Positions 26,523-40,721 of a DNA stretch of 64,000 nt are shown in pieces. Made by a program: the position numbers and the translations under genes. Origin of the DNA: Octopus vulgaris. Lineage: Eukaryota. Under the pieces are notes generated by a model. That model did no database searches. It was not told the origin of the DNA and saw only the letters and a program-made list of their open reading frames with translations. Positions within the stretch are counted from its first letter, which is position 1, and the number at the start of each line of letters is the position of its first letter. Location: assembly GCA_951406725.2 (NCBI GenBank), contig OX597822.1, positions 15,748,001 to 15,812,000 on the forward strand. Direction: 5' to 3'.

Positions 26523-27330
26523 TCTTGTCGGTGTATAATAAATAAGCAAGTATACATCGACAAGATATATAAACTTTATAACATTTGTTTAATCACATAT
26601 TATATTTTAGGGGTATATAGATAAAATAATGAATAACTCCAGTTTCTTTTTTTAAAAAAAACCCTACATTTGTTTTGGTATTTAGATGTATTATTTGCTT
26701 GGATTAAGTTTTTACATAATTTAAGCTGTGGGCATGCATGTATACCTGTACTTCTGTCTGTCTGTATGTCTGCGTACGTTTATATGTATATTTATGTTTA
26801 TGGGTGAATATGCGTATGTGTGTGTATATATGTATATATGTGTATGTAGGTGTATATATGTATATATATATGCATATATATATATGGGTGCAGTTTTCCA
26901 TACCTGTATATATTTATTGAAGTTGTGTATAAGCGTGTACATATGGATGTGTATTCATATTTTCTTATGGAGTATATTTGTATGTAGGAGGATATATACG
27001 TATGTCTTTTCTTATTTAGGTACTTGAGTGTATGTATACCTGTATATATATATTAAATTTAGGTTTATAGGTGTATATATGTTACTTATATGTATATTTA
27101 TGTGTAGGTATTTGGGAATACAAGTACATATGTGTGAGTCTATGTCGGTGTATACTAAATATAAGCATGTATACACCGATAAGATATAAATTACGTAACA
27201 TTTGATGAATTATATATCGTGATTAGGTGTACATAGTTGTAATAATGAATAACTACGGTTTATTATTAAATAATAACCTTATATTTGTTTTGTATATGAA
27301 TGTATACATTGCTAGGATAAAGTTTATACA
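26523..27330. repeat. Diverged ~190-bp direct repeat, each copy starting with a hairpin
   Basis: 26523-26720 is similar to 27143-27330. Hairpins: TCTTGTCGGTGTATA/TATACATCGACAAGA and GTCGGTGTATAC/GTATACACCGAT. Confidence 0.8.
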
Positions 27331-27731
27331 GAATTATAATTTGAGCAAACTCATACATGTAAATATTAATATCTAGCCAGTTTCTTAATATTTTGGTTTT
27401 TTACGGTATATTAGGTGTAATTTTTAATTATGTATCTTCCGCAAATAACGTACTTTTTCTTTACCTTAGTTATTGTAAATGTGTTTACTGAGTTTATATC
27501 ACTTTTGTAAGCTTTATCTGAATATTTTCTATCCTTTGCCTAATATTAATCCTTACGTTTTCTACCCTTTTTTGTACATTACGAATTAGCCTTCCAACTT
27601 TATTCGACGTATTAACAATTAGTATCATCTTCATTTTAATGATTTTTGATATTATTTTAGTTATTAGTATGTATGTGTATGTATATATATATACATATAT
27701 GTGTACGTGGTTGTTTATGGGTATATGTATT

Positions 27732-27863
<132 letters not shown>

Positions 27864-28613
27864 TAGATATATATGTATGTACACATGTTTGTATGTATGA
27901 AAGTTTGTATTTCTGTGCTTATGTCTATCTATGTATGCATGTGTATATGCGCATATATATGTGTATGTAAGTGTATCTTAACCAACCAACCGTAACTAAG
28001 ACAATTGAAATTCAAATGTGCCAACCAATCGTATTGAGCTTTAAATTTTAACTTATATACAAGCCTGCTAACAACTATCAATCACCGTCCGAACTTCGAT
28101 GTATACGCATGCACAGTTTTGGTTTGTTTTCTATGATGTAAAGGAATATTTTTTCTTTATATATGTATTTGTTGAGCTATACTGTATTGTAATATATTAT
28201 TATATTATTATATTATGCTGTTGTTGTATTTTATGTGATATTTTCCATCTACTATGTATTGTGAATGGCGGAATGCACATATTCTTTTACTGGTATTATT
28301 ATTAATAATAATAATAATATTAATAGCTTTTTGTAACGTAATACAATGAATTCTGGACTTTGTATACGTACACTTTCATGTGGATATGTGTATGTATGTA
28401 TATTCTAATATATTGATTTGACTAACTAACATTATGTGTATGTATATTATTATGTATATACTTATATATATATATATATATGTGCATGTGTATATAAACT
28501 TATATGTATGTGTATGTATGTATATGTACTTATTCTTGTATATGTGTACCCTCTCTAATATTCATATTTGCTCTTTATACCTTCATTTTATACCTCTGTA
28601 ACTGTACTTTATA

Positions 28614-28740
28614 ATCTCTGAAGAGGACTTGGGATGTATATATAAGTAACTCATTTATAACCACATATTACCTTAATACATCTGGCTAATATGAGCATAA
28701 TGAGATACTTTTATCTACATGGCTGAAACAGCTGTAAGAT
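28614..28740 (+). ncRNA. Hammerhead motif with long stem II insert
   Basis: ATCT-CTGAAGA-GG...(~95 nt)...CT-GAAAC-AGCT-GTA-AGAT: intact core, palindromic ACAGCTGT, 4-bp stem I, weak stem II. Confidence 0.6.
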
Positions 28741-29069
28741 CCATTTTATATTTATATTTATTTATATTTATTTATATGTATTGTTCTTATGGCATTATAT
28801 TACTCATTGATGTGTACTGTTTTATTCTGCATTATCATGTTTGATATGGATGTTCCTATAAAATTAGTTAATAAATTATATGAATTGGTATTATCTAGTA
28901 GTTGATGATTGATTCAAATTTTACCTTCGCCCATATAATACAATAAATGAATTAATTGCATTGCAATTCTTAGCAGTTATGTATTAGCATCTCTGGGTGC
29001 TTTACTGGCAGTATATTGGATAAATGTTATACCATAGAGGCTTACACTCACAACCCCTATCTAACTTTG

Positions 29070-29125
<56 letters not shown>

Positions 29126-29160
29126 GTATGTATGTATGTGTATATATATATATATGAATA

Positions 29161-29668
29161 CGGAGGAACACTTGAGAGTTAACGGCCATCCAATAACTGT
29201 GTATTTTCTTTTTAAGGCTTAAGGCTGTATCATGCGCGGGGACATAGAAATAATCGGACTGAATACCCGATCGCGCGGTTAAACCATTGGGAGTGATGAA
29301 CTCCTAGCCTTTGTTAGGGCATCTTTCTAGGAGAAGGTAACTCAGGTAACTGGGATAACTCCGACATTAAACATGCGGTTCAGTGGTTTCCGATGATGTT
29401 GACTTGTTCTTCTTTTCGGATTATGGCTGCTGTTGCTTAGTGAGTGTGATTGACTCAGTGCACAGCCTTTCCTCACTTTAAAAAGAATTTTCTTGCACAG
29501 GCATTGCACGATAGCAACATTGTCCATGATTGTTGATGGTGCTGTGAGTGTCAACTGAATGGCTGGCTGTAGCCTTAAAAAGCAAATAAAAGTGACATTC
29601 GATCTCAGCACCAATAACAGTTAAGCTTCGTGCAATGGCCATACTCGATAACGAGGGGGCAGCCATCA
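29161..29668 (+). mobile_element. Non-autonomous RTE-derived retroposon, copy 2
   Basis: Homologous to 13216-13615. It is 5'-truncated but retains a ~100-bp segment (~29523-29620) absent from copy 1. Confidence 0.6.
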
Positions 29669-29810
29669 TGTATATGTATATATATTAGATATATATATAT
29701 ATATATATATATAAATACGAAAGAAGGTTTGAAAATGCAATTTAAAAGATGCTTATTTACTTTACCGGTTTCACTGTAGTATTTGGTCAGATGGTGTGTC
29801 AAGACCTACG

Positions 29811-29921
29811 TTTGTCAAAACCTGTTTGTCAAAACCTGTTTGTCAAAACCTGTTTGTCAAAACCTGTTTGTCAAAACCTGTTTGTCAAAACCTGTTTGTC
29901 AAAACCTGTTTGTCAAAACCT
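29811..29921 (+). repeat. Perfect 14-bp tandem repeat (TTTGTCAAAACCTG) x ~8
   Basis: Seven exact copies plus a 13-bp eighth copy. Confidence 0.95.
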
Positions 29922-29939
29922 AAACACATCCACAGTACA

Positions 29940-30536
29940 GTAAATAGCCTCCCCTATCTCTCAACACACAACCCAAGGAATGCAGAAGCTTACACTAATA
30001 TATACAACAACATTCCACAACTAAATCAAGACCCACGCCTGAAAAAATTACTAAAAAGTAAGAGACAACCTAAATCCCTAAAAAAACCTCCTCACCAACG
30101 CAAAATTACACAACACAAACCCACCACCCACGATCATAAAATGTGGTCGCCCCAACTGCAGGACTTGCATCCACCTCATTGAAGGTCGACGTACAAGTTC
30201 CGGTCGGGACACACATTCGTCATAAAAAATAATTTCAAGTGCGCATCAAAAAATTTACTCTACGTCATAAGGTGTGAAGGGTGCCACGAAGACTACATAG
30301 GGCAAACGAGCCTTACCCTCAGAGAAAGAATGACAGTTCACCGACAACAACTGAGAGACCCCTCCACAAGACAGATACCACTAAGTGGACACTTAGACCT
30401 TTGTGCACACAATAAGTCCCCCAAATTCTTAGTCTTCCCACTATACCAATGCTCGGACAGCACCACAGACCAAACACGAATAAATAGGGAAAGTAATCTT
30501 ATTCAAAAATACAGACCACAACTAAACACACTCTAA
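29940..30536 (+). pseudogene. PLE GIY-YIG endonuclease fragment
   Basis: LPYLSTHNPRN...KCGRPNCRTC...NLLYVIRCEGCHEDYIGQTSLTLRERMTVHRQQ...KYRPQLN, with frameshifts. Related to the 24290-25130 region. Confidence 0.92.
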
Positions 30537-30659
30537 CATACCCCCTAGGCACACATCCAGAACAAACACACAAAGACACGCGCACACTCGCAACGTATCA
30601 TGCAAGCGGACACATGCACACATAGGGCGCACTAGCGGGCATTGACCACACACATACGT

Positions 30660-31915
30660 GGCACACACACGCATGCATTATATATATGTATATTATGTAT
30701 GTGTGTGTGTTGTGTGGGTTGTGTGTGTGTGTGCGTGTGTGTGTTTGCGTTGTGTGTGTGTGCGTGTGTGTGTGTGTGTGCATTGTGTGTGTGTATGTAT
30801 TTATATGTGTATATGTGTTATATATATGTATATATGTGTGTGTTGTGTGTGTGTGTATGCATTGTATATGTGTATATGTGAATGCATTGTTTGTGTGTGT
30901 GTGTGTGGTATGTATATATATATATGTGTGTACGTTATATGTATGTATTTTGTGTGAGTGTGTGTGTGTGCATTATATATATATATGTGTGTATATGTGA
31001 AAATATATATATATATATATGTGCATTATATGTATGTGCATTGTGTATATGTATATTATATGTATGTGTCTTGTATATGTATGTGTACATTATGTGTATA
31101 TGTATGTGTATATATGCATTGTATATATGTATATTGTATGTGTGTTATATATGCATGAATACATGTATATACATTATATGTATATATATGTATGCATTGT
31201 GTATGTGTATGTTATGTGTATATATGTTATATGTATGTGTATATGTATATGTATACACTGTATGTATGTATATTGTGTGTATATGTGGTATATTTATGTA
31301 TGTGTATGTAAACATTATATATATATATATGTATATATGTATATGCATTGTCTATATATATTATATGTATGTATTGTGTATGTATGTTATATATATATAT
31401 TGTGTATGTGCATTATATATATGCTGTGTATGTTTATTGCATGTATATATGTGTTAGGTGTATATGTGTCGTATTTATATTATGTATGTATGTGTGCGTG
31501 TGTTGTGTGTGTGTTATGTGTGTGTGTTGTGTGTGTGTGGGGGGTGCGTGAGATGTGTGTGTGTGTGGTATGTATGTGTATGATGTATGTGTGTGTGTGT
31601 GTGTGTATATATATGTATATGTAGTGTGTGTGTATGGCCCGCACACGCGCGTAGACGCGCACGCGCACGAACACGCGCGCGCACGGGCGGGCGCGCATAT
31701 ACACACACCATCCTACCCCAAAAAATTCTTTAAACAACACACATCTATTTACACCACCCTAGAACCAACCAAAAACAGCCCCCCCACACACAGACACTTG
31801 TATTCGTGTATGTGCACGCACACAGGGGCACACACACTCACACCAATCTCACCTCCATACAGGTACATATATACACACGCAGCGCCATATCAAATGCCAT
31901 CCACACACATACATG

Positions 31916-31952
<37 letters not shown>

Positions 31953-32080
31953 CACCATGACAACCACACACGCGTTTAAAAACAGACACCATCTGACCAA
32001 ATACTACAGACACACAGACACATCTATTCACACCACATGTATATGTATGCACACACACATAGACGCAGAGACACACATAT
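30660..32080. repeat. Long degenerate (GT/AT)n then (AC)n low-complexity tract inside the PLE 3' region
   Basis: About 1 kb of mixed TG/TA dinucleotides followed by CA-rich sequence. Confidence 0.9.
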
Positions 32081-32474
32081 TCACCTCATCCTAACCCCAA
32101 AATCATTGATGCTTGAAGGAAAGCCAAAAAAAGAAAAAAACGGGTACATCCTTTTCAATTCCACATTTCTGCTAAAACGGACAGGTCAGTAACAAACTCA
32201 CCACTACATTAATGTAAATCTTTTTGAATTCATAATATGCTGTACTGAACTTTTTAATAATTCCTCCTGGAAATTACCCTGAGATGTATAATATATTTGT
32301 TTTAATCTTTTCTGCCCATTTTTTCAATGAGCTTGTTAAACCTCTTTATATTCTCAACATACTGTTGTGCTTTTTTATGTTCTTGACATGTCACTGCTAC
32401 CAAAGACTGTATATATATATATGTAATGTAGCAATTTGCAACAACCAATAATTAACGCAACCAAACTACAACAT

Positions 32475-32520
32475 GTTGCTTTTGACAACTTTTGCCAAAG
32501 AGTGAAACCGGTAAAGTAAC
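32475..32520 (+). ncRNA. Hammerhead-like motif with variant core in PLE terminal repeat
   Basis: GTTGCTT-TTGACAA-CTTTTGCCAAAGAGT-GAAACCGGTA-AAGTAAC: 7-bp stem I, hairpin stem II and palindromic ACCGGT, with core TTGACAA instead of CTGANGA. Confidence 0.55.
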
Positions 32521-32591
32521 TAAACATCTTTTAAATTGCATTTTCAAACCTTCTTTCGTATATAATTGTGCGATACCCCACAACTCAACTT

Positions 32592-32690
<99 letters not shown>

Positions 32691-33802
32691 GCATATACAC
32701 ACGTCTGTCTATTATAAATTATATATGAGCATTTTTTTCGACTTAGATTCAAACGGGAGAGGTAGAAACATCAGTCAAATGTTTTCCCTGTTTTATTTTT
32801 TTATATGTGGAATCACTCTTAAATTTAATATATTATTTCTGCATCGTGTAATATTTTCGATCTGTGACATTTAAATTTAAACCATTCATATTCCTCTGAT
32901 TAGAATTTCTTTTCACCTTTTGTAGCTAAGCCTAAAAGCGCAAAAAATACAAAATATGTGGCCTTCTGAGATTAGAGATTCATGCAAATGTTGATTTAAC
33001 AACATAATGGCACTCAAACTTGTATACATATACACGCAAGAGATATCATGCATGAGGAGACATACGCACGCACACAAACACACACATTGAGTGTATATAC
33101 ACATAAATATAAATGTAAGTATGTTGCATGAGTATTTCGTGTGTGTGTTGTGAATAAGACGATATGACTGTGTATATGCAATATACAAATAAATAATTAT
33201 TTACCTTTATTTTTGCATCCGTGCATGCGAAGCTGCTGTATCAGTGTCTATTACCTGAGTTTGATCTATAGGGGAATAACATGCAATAATTGCTTTGGCC
33301 TGGGGCACACATTTCTAAATGTTCATGAAGTAAATTACAAGCATTTATTTACGAATACATCTATATCAACAAAACGGATAGGTGTTTAAATCAAATTGGT
33401 TAGGTTCAACATTCTATTACATTTTGATGCTCTTGGACTACTTCATGTGCAAATTACATTCAAGGCTTTCGATAGAATACTTTACGAAACTGACGATGCA
33501 GCTTTCTCTGTTACTTCATTTACATTACTGTAGCTAACCTGCTATAGGACTACACTTAAAAAGCGCATGTGACAGAAAATGAAATGAAATAAATATTAAT
33601 ATTTTGAGATTTATGTCACCATAGTTAGCAAACTTAGAATTATTTAAATTTGAATAAGAAAATGGTTTAAATTTATAGCACCTGAAGTACATATATGAAC
33701 AAAACACGTAATTATTTGTGCTTTCAGCTTATATAATAATAAGGGGTACATAAGTAAAGAATTTTGTTTGACACACATATGTGTGTATAAATACACACAC
33801 TC

Positions 33803-33863
<61 letters not shown>

Positions 33864-33921
33864 AAAATACACACGTGTATATATATAAATATATATATAT
33901 ATACATAAAAAATACACACAC

Positions 33922-33976
<55 letters not shown>

Positions 33977-34284
33977 CATACATACATACATACAAACATA
34001 GTCCACTCACAATATTTATATAATTGCCAGGAATTCAACAATATTCACTAAGTAAAGTTAATGGGATGCGACAACGTGGTTTAAGAATACATCGTGAGAG
34101 CTCACACAGCATAGCAATGTTGAGGTTCTTCCTAAATAAATGTTCTTTTTTTATTCATTAAATATATCTCAGAATATTTAACAAAGAATGTGAACCTAGT
34201 TAGTGAATTTAATTAAATATTTCACTACAAAAATCAATGAAGAGCTGTTCTCATGGTCGTTCGACCAGTCCAGAAATAGCCTTC

Positions 34285-34585
34285 ATCATCTACTCAGGCT
34301 TCTTCGGACATTTTTAACCTGCACACGCCATCCATTTTAGCCCTGCATTGGTTGAGGGTGGTCTTCGTTGAAGTATCTTGTGTCTCTGGTTAGTTGATCT
34401 ACACACGTAGCGTTCAGACTACCTTCTTGTGTACGACCATGCTTGTTTAATTCGCCAGCAGTGTCCCGCAAATTGCAAGCGCCTTTCCTTTATAATGGTG
34501 GAAATAAGCCTAAGATATCCATACAGCTGTTTCTAGGAGGGATTAGTTCTCCAAGATATGTTTGAAACTACTCTCAACATACAGC
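34285..34585 (-). mobile_element. RTE-clade LINE 3' fragment
   Basis: MLRVVSNISWRTNPS*KQLYGYLRLISTIIKERRLQFAGHCWR, typical of RTE ORF C-termini. Confidence 0.8.
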
Positions 34586-35211
34586 TGGAAATAGAATGTG
34601 ATATTCCACTAGAATTTTATCCTGCCCTCATAAAGTATTGGATGAAGAGCACATATGTGTAAGCGTTAATTCACAATAAAGTTTTATACACAGAGGAGAT
34701 AATTTCCGCATCTGTTGCTGTTACACACAAAGAAAATAAATGAAAATTCGCTGATAAAGACTGCTGACAATACAGCTAATATACATGAAATCGTACAATA
34801 AAATGCTAATATGATTCCAAATATATAAACTTCTTTAAATGGTCCACTAAAATAGTATGCTTTTCATTTGTTATCGTTTAATTATTCTGCATCATTCTGT
34901 ATAATTTACGTATTTTGTGCAGTAAACAATGCATATCTACATTTTTAAACAGAATTTCCTCAAAAGCAAATCTCTTTTAATTCAAAATTACAGATTATAT
35001 GACGAAGACGAAATGAAACTTCTAATGTAAATGTTATTTATGATCGCATCGCTTGATGAATAAATATAATTATTTCCATTATGTGCGTGTGTGTGTGTGC
35101 ATGCGTGCGCGTGTGTATATCACGCTGTGTATAATGAAAGAGATTAATAGAAATGAGGTCTCTGTTAATTTTCTCTCGAAGAGATATATGCAATACGTTG
35201 TTTTGTTTCTT

Positions 35212-35242
<31 letters not shown>

Positions 35243-35493
35243 TGAGAGAGAGAGAGAAAGAAAGTGAGTGAAAGATAGAGAGTGAATGAGAGAGAACGAT
35301 ATGGATACAGAGGGATATAAATTTGTGCGAGTATTAACCTTTATATATATGAGAGCGTGTGTGTGTGTGTGCGCGCCCGAGTATGTGTGCGTGTGCGTGC
35401 GCGTCCGAGTGTGTGTGTGTTACACCATACTTAAACGAGAGAGAGAGGAAACAAAAGTAAGTAAATTTGACCAATGATATGTATGGATATATA

Positions 35494-36004
35494 GACGGTG
35501 CCGTGGATAAATTATCGCCATTTAAATTTTTTTTATTTTGTGCATGCGCATTGTTTGTTTTTGATTTTGTCGACTGCACAGTACAGTAGGGTCAGTTGGG
35601 CACCGTCTGTGAGAAAAGAAGCACCATCATGCAATTAACGCTGCCAAAAATTTAGAAACGATATGCTGTACTGCTTGGCATTCGCATGCCTGAAGTTGCA
35701 AAATTTCTGTCAGGATCACATGGTGAACACACAGAACAAACGTTGGCTTGCCTTGCCCCCTAAACATGTACCGAGAGTGATAAAACATCCAGTCAACATC
35801 ATGATGCTTGGAGTGAACACTAGTGATGGTAACATTATGCCTCCATTCAGCTTCCCATATGGCCTCAGTCTCAACACGTAGCCCTACACCAAGAGCATGG
35901 AGGACATAGTGCTGCCTTGGGTCAAGATTAAGGAACTGTTGAGGAGCTACTGACAATTTCAAAATGAAATTCATGACAAAACTTTATAACATACTGGCAT
36001 CGTC
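35494..36004 (+). mobile_element. Internally deleted maT/DD37D-like transposon
   Basis: NTQNKRWLA...KHPVNIMMLGVNTSDGNIMPPFSF is related to the 22551 element. Short terminal inverted match GACGGTGCC/GGCATCGTC. Confidence 0.75.
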
Positions 36005-36094
36005 TTGAAATTAAAATTGCTGTAAATTGCATTTGGTTTGTATTTGTAATGCAGATATTACTTAAATCAGCAAACTGCTCAGAAGAAATGGCTC

Positions 36095-37491
36095 AAGTGA
36101 AATCACCTGAGAAGGCATTCATGGGTGATATCACAATGCTCACTAGCGATCAAATGGATATGCAGATAGTTCTCAATAGACTGGATGGACTGATTACTTG
36201 GTGAAAAATGCAGTTCAAAGGAAATGAATCACACAAACTGTCATTTGTCAAAGGTTGGCAGAAACAAGGGAAATAGCAGGAGAAATCGTGCCAATGGTTA
36301 AAGACAAACCGGTAAAAATTTAGAGTGATAGTATACTAACTCGTTATCCAATAAGAGTTGACGCATTGAGATCATGGCACACGCCGACGATGTATTAAAA
36401 GCAAAACTACTGGACAACTACAAGATTTAGCATCTGCAGTTTGGTCTGTTTTCACCCCACGATATCATTTGCCCTTATTCATTTACTACTCAGCACTGTC
36501 TAAAGATCCCGGGACAAAAATGAAGTATTTACATCAGGCAATGGTTTGGTCTTCCCCGAACGATTAGCAGTATAACGCTACGTTGAAAGAGGGCATCTCT
36601 TCAACTACCACTAATATCAACTGTTGCGATCTACGAAGCAGGGAAGGTGAAAACAATCATGATTCCGAAGGTGTCCGATGCTGGAGAAATATGAGACAAT
36701 CTGCCAGATAGCGAGTGAAACGCAAAGAAAGAAACTGATGACATAATAGCAACACTTGAGCATAAAGATATAGGGGAAGTAATTCAAAATGACCGCAAAG
36801 TTATTGGTTATCATCCATTTAACCTATTTTCAACGATTATATAGGGAGAGCACAGAGGCTGTTAGAGACTGTGTTAAATATCGAGAAACAAAAAAAAAAA
36901 CAACTGCATTTGATTGAATGCCCTCAGCAATGACGGATGATCAAGTGTGAAGATGTTATGAGAAGCAGAGGGAAATAGCCAACAGCTGCAAAAACACAGA
37001 AGAATGGCAGTAACTGTTTTATCACATTCGTTCGCCTGTGTCAAAGCAGTTACCTAAAATAGGAGAAAGGGGTGAACAACAAGAAACTGGGATGTAGTTT
37101 GGGATGGGCAGCACATCTTTTAGGGTGTAAACGCCTCTTTCCAGTGAGAAAGAGGGAAACCTGATATGGCAAAATGGCGTCAGAAAATAAAATAACAAAG
37201 TTTTTTGAATTGACTATTCCACATAAAAACAATATAGTTGTATATCACGTTACGAAAGAGGAGCGGTATGAAATGCTACCGGAAGACTGTATAGTTGCTG
37301 GCTGGATTGCAGTATACTTTCCTGTAGAAATTGTATTTTCTATTGGAATCATATTGAGACGGTCGTCGCCATCCGCTGGTGTCAAACATCGTGAAACAAA
37401 CAACATCTTGAAAGAAATCCAGAAGGCAGTTGACAAAAAGCAGCCATTGAATATGGTGAAAGGAAAAGTTGAAACCTGGTTAGAGAAATGA
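36095..37491 (+). mobile_element. Decayed HERO-like non-LTR retrotransposon (RT plus restriction-like endonuclease)
   Basis: KAFMGDITML...LDGLITW*KMQFK...KDKPVK (RT) and FELTIPHKNN...KEERYEML..DC...GW.....PVEI (REL endonuclease). Confidence 0.7.
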
Positions 37492-38908
37492 TGTGAAGTA
37501 CGGACCTATTTACTTAAAGAGAAAATCAGACCTACATAACTTCGCAATTAAAATGATACCGAATGGTACCGACGAACGAATACAAATCCGTGGGTCTAAT
37601 AGACGGCGTTTCACATCAGCTGTGGGACGGTGCGTGGTAAAACCGCTGAGAGGAATACTTCGAAATAATGAGCATATTCTCCAGATGATCCCTAACTTCA
37701 ACTGGCGTGTGACATACGGACTTTATGATTGACTACTCTTGTACAAGCAAGATGTTTCCACGTCCCCACATTTTTCAGTTAGAACAGACTTAAAGATATT
37801 TTTGTATAAAAAAATATATAAAACAAACATCTGTTGAAATATTGATGTCGTTTCTAATGAAATCAATCTTTACAAGGACTTATGTAGATGGACTCGGTAA
37901 ATGTATTTATAATTCCGTTTTAGCTAAATTGAAAATATCGAAGAGAGAGGGCTTTGACACATATGCTGCAAGTCACCAATTGATATCTAAGATCCACAAT
38001 TACGAATACGCAGTTAATAACTGCAATATCAGAGGCACGCACACAGTTAACAACTGCAGGTAAGTGCATTCGTAAAATATATCTGCAGAAGTAATCTGCT
38101 ACGGAATACATTTGCAAATAGGAGATCCAAGCGTGAGTTAATAATGTATAATGTAATATGACACAATTCTTAACTCAGAAAAGTGCTTTCGGTCTAAACA
38201 CCGACAAAACTCAACTTGGAAGTGGTATAAAAGTGAAACGCTATGAGCTGATCACAACTTGTATTATGTCAGTTTTGAATAATTTATAAGGTAGTCTTAT
38301 ATAAAACTATAATCTAGCTCTCGTCTGATTCTCTGTCGTTTCGGAATTGTATGTAATGCAGATACCTAATTTAAGCTGCATTCAACTTCTGGCGCCCAGC
38401 TGTTGAAAATTATAGATAAAATAATGTGGTTCCATGAAGTCTCATAATTGGCGTACTTCTGCGAGCGTTGCTACAGACCACGGCTAATTTTCTTCATTTC
38501 TTTCACGAACTCTGCAACGGTTTTTGCACAGCTCACTAAATATTTCGAGCGTAATTGTAAAAGCTTAACATCACTTATGTTCTGTCTCATTTTCAAGTTT
38601 TCAGCAGTTCGTTTTTACTTTGAATTTCTAATTGACTTATTAACTTTTGTGGTAAGCTGTATGAAGCTACGATTAATAAAAACCCACAGAATCAGTTGGA
38701 AATGTTTGGACAAGACTGTACAGTGTCTAATACCGTCAAAATAGAGAAAGAATTGTTCGAGCCGTAGGCCATCACATATACAGATGCATTACACACATAC
38801 ACACGTGTGTGTGTGAGTATGTGCGTGTGCTCGTCTGCAATACTGATATATATATTTATGCTGTAACATATGTCCGTGTGAATGTGTGTATAGATACAAT
38901 ATAAACTG

Positions 38909-38991
<83 letters not shown>

Positions 38992-39060
38992 AAATTAGAC
39001 ATATATATACATATTATATCATTTATATACATATATAAGCAACAAGGATATCCAGAGGTA

Positions 39061-39149
39061 ATGTAGTACGATCGTTTCATGCAACTCCATTTAATTGAAC
39101 AATGCAATCATTACATCAAGTAAAAATGCAGTGCAATCTTCAGCTGCAC
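39061..39149 (-). ncRNA. Type I hammerhead ribozyme motif
   Basis: GTGCAG-CTGAAGA-TTGCA...TGCAT-GAAAC-GATC-GTA-CTACAT: intact core, palindromic ACGATCGT, stem I with one mismatch, TGCA/TGCA stem II. Confidence 0.7.
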
Positions 39150-40720
39150 AAAGACATAGAATTTAATTAAATCAGAACAGAGGGACACATTAGTATAATT
39201 ATCACTAAAATCTCCAAGAAGTTAAGGAGATATACAAAAAAACATGCAGTCCTACTCCAGCATAGAAGTTACTAAGTTTACAAGAAGATATACATTGTTA
39301 CAGACTCTGCATGTCACTGATTTGTTTTTGTTTTTATGGCGTCAGTATTAATTTATAGACTAGTTTATCAAATCCCATGTATATCTAAGGCTGAGAGAAC
39401 AGATTTATTAGAAGCAATATCATGAGGTTTGGTAAAGGAAAACTTAAAACAAGATGTTAGCTGACAATTAAGGAGGTCACCATTGACAGCAGACCATTGA
39501 TAATGAAACAGGGGAAATCTTACCATGTAGTACTATAATGAAATATTTTAAACAGTGTTGCTATAAGAAGAATATTATAACAAAAGGATAGAAAGTTATA
39601 AATACTTTTGAGTATATAACAAACTTTAGCTACAATAGAGGGAGGAAAAGAAATTACCCAGAAATAGTTTAATATTTATACATATTGTACACTTAAATAC
39701 CAGCTCATCGGATGGTATCTGTGAATATTGATTAATTGGTATATACTGGTATTAATAAAGGAGTATTGAGGTAAAGGAACATGCTAATTAATGAAATTAT
39801 AATCAAAACAGTTTTTTATATGTAGTGAATATACCTGTATAGTTTTATATCAGTTAAGTATGAACTTATAGAGTTCATGCTTTAGATTAATTTTATAAAT
39901 AAATAAAGGCTGATTATAAAATAATAACGAAATAACATAAAATAATCAAGTAGGGCAGAACACCATAGAAAAGGAAATAAAATTGCTTAATTACTAATAA
40001 CATGGTAAAGTGTATGTAGCTTATTAACACCAAGAGAGAAGATTTTTAGAAAAAGTATAATAATTCAAAATATATTAGACTAAAAATTATATATTTACTT
40101 ATTTAACTAATATCAATAAAATACTTTTCCTGATGCTAGAGGAATATTTAAGTCATGGAACAATCATATTTTGCACTAATCGTTCTTTTTTTACTATGGG
40201 TTATATTATAGGTTTGAGAAGTTATTATTGTTACACCCTACATGATATTTATAGTTTCTTAGTGGTACTTGTTTAGAAGGGAATTTTATATAAAGGCTTT
40301 GTAAAAATTAATATCAGGAGGTTAGAGCCACTTAAGAAAGAGATAAATCAAGTAATTTCTAAAGATCATTTCAAACAACATTGTCTTATTGTATAAATTT
40401 AAAATTTAGGGTAATCAAGAAGATTATTAAGAATGAAATTTTTACCACAATAGAAGGAGGAAAAGAAAATTACAAAGAAATAGTTTAATATTTATTTACT
40501 TATTACTTATCTAAATATTAACTTATATGGTTTCTAAGGAGATTGATGAATTGAATTTAACTGGTATTTAATAAGGGAGCAACTGAGGTTAAAGAACATG
40601 TCAACTGCGTACTGATTTAATTAAACTGAACTATTTTAAGTGGTACAGATACCGGTATTACCTTATATGAGCTGAGTACGAATTAATAGGGATACAAAGT
40701 TTAGATTTATTTAAGGCTAC

Positions 40721-40721
<1 letters not shown>

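Larger units (their letters stand above)
29712..32575 (+). mobile_element. 5'-truncated Penelope-like element with inverted partial terminal repeat at its 5' end
   Basis: 29712-29799 is the reverse complement of ~31986-32009 joined to ~32502-32562. GIY-YIG remnant at 29940-30536 and HHR-like motif at 32475-32520. Confidence 0.85.

Noticed and set aside
29811-29921. Short regular repeats as a CRISPR array
   Set aside because: The units are head-to-tail with no spacers, there are no cas genes, and the context is eukaryotic.
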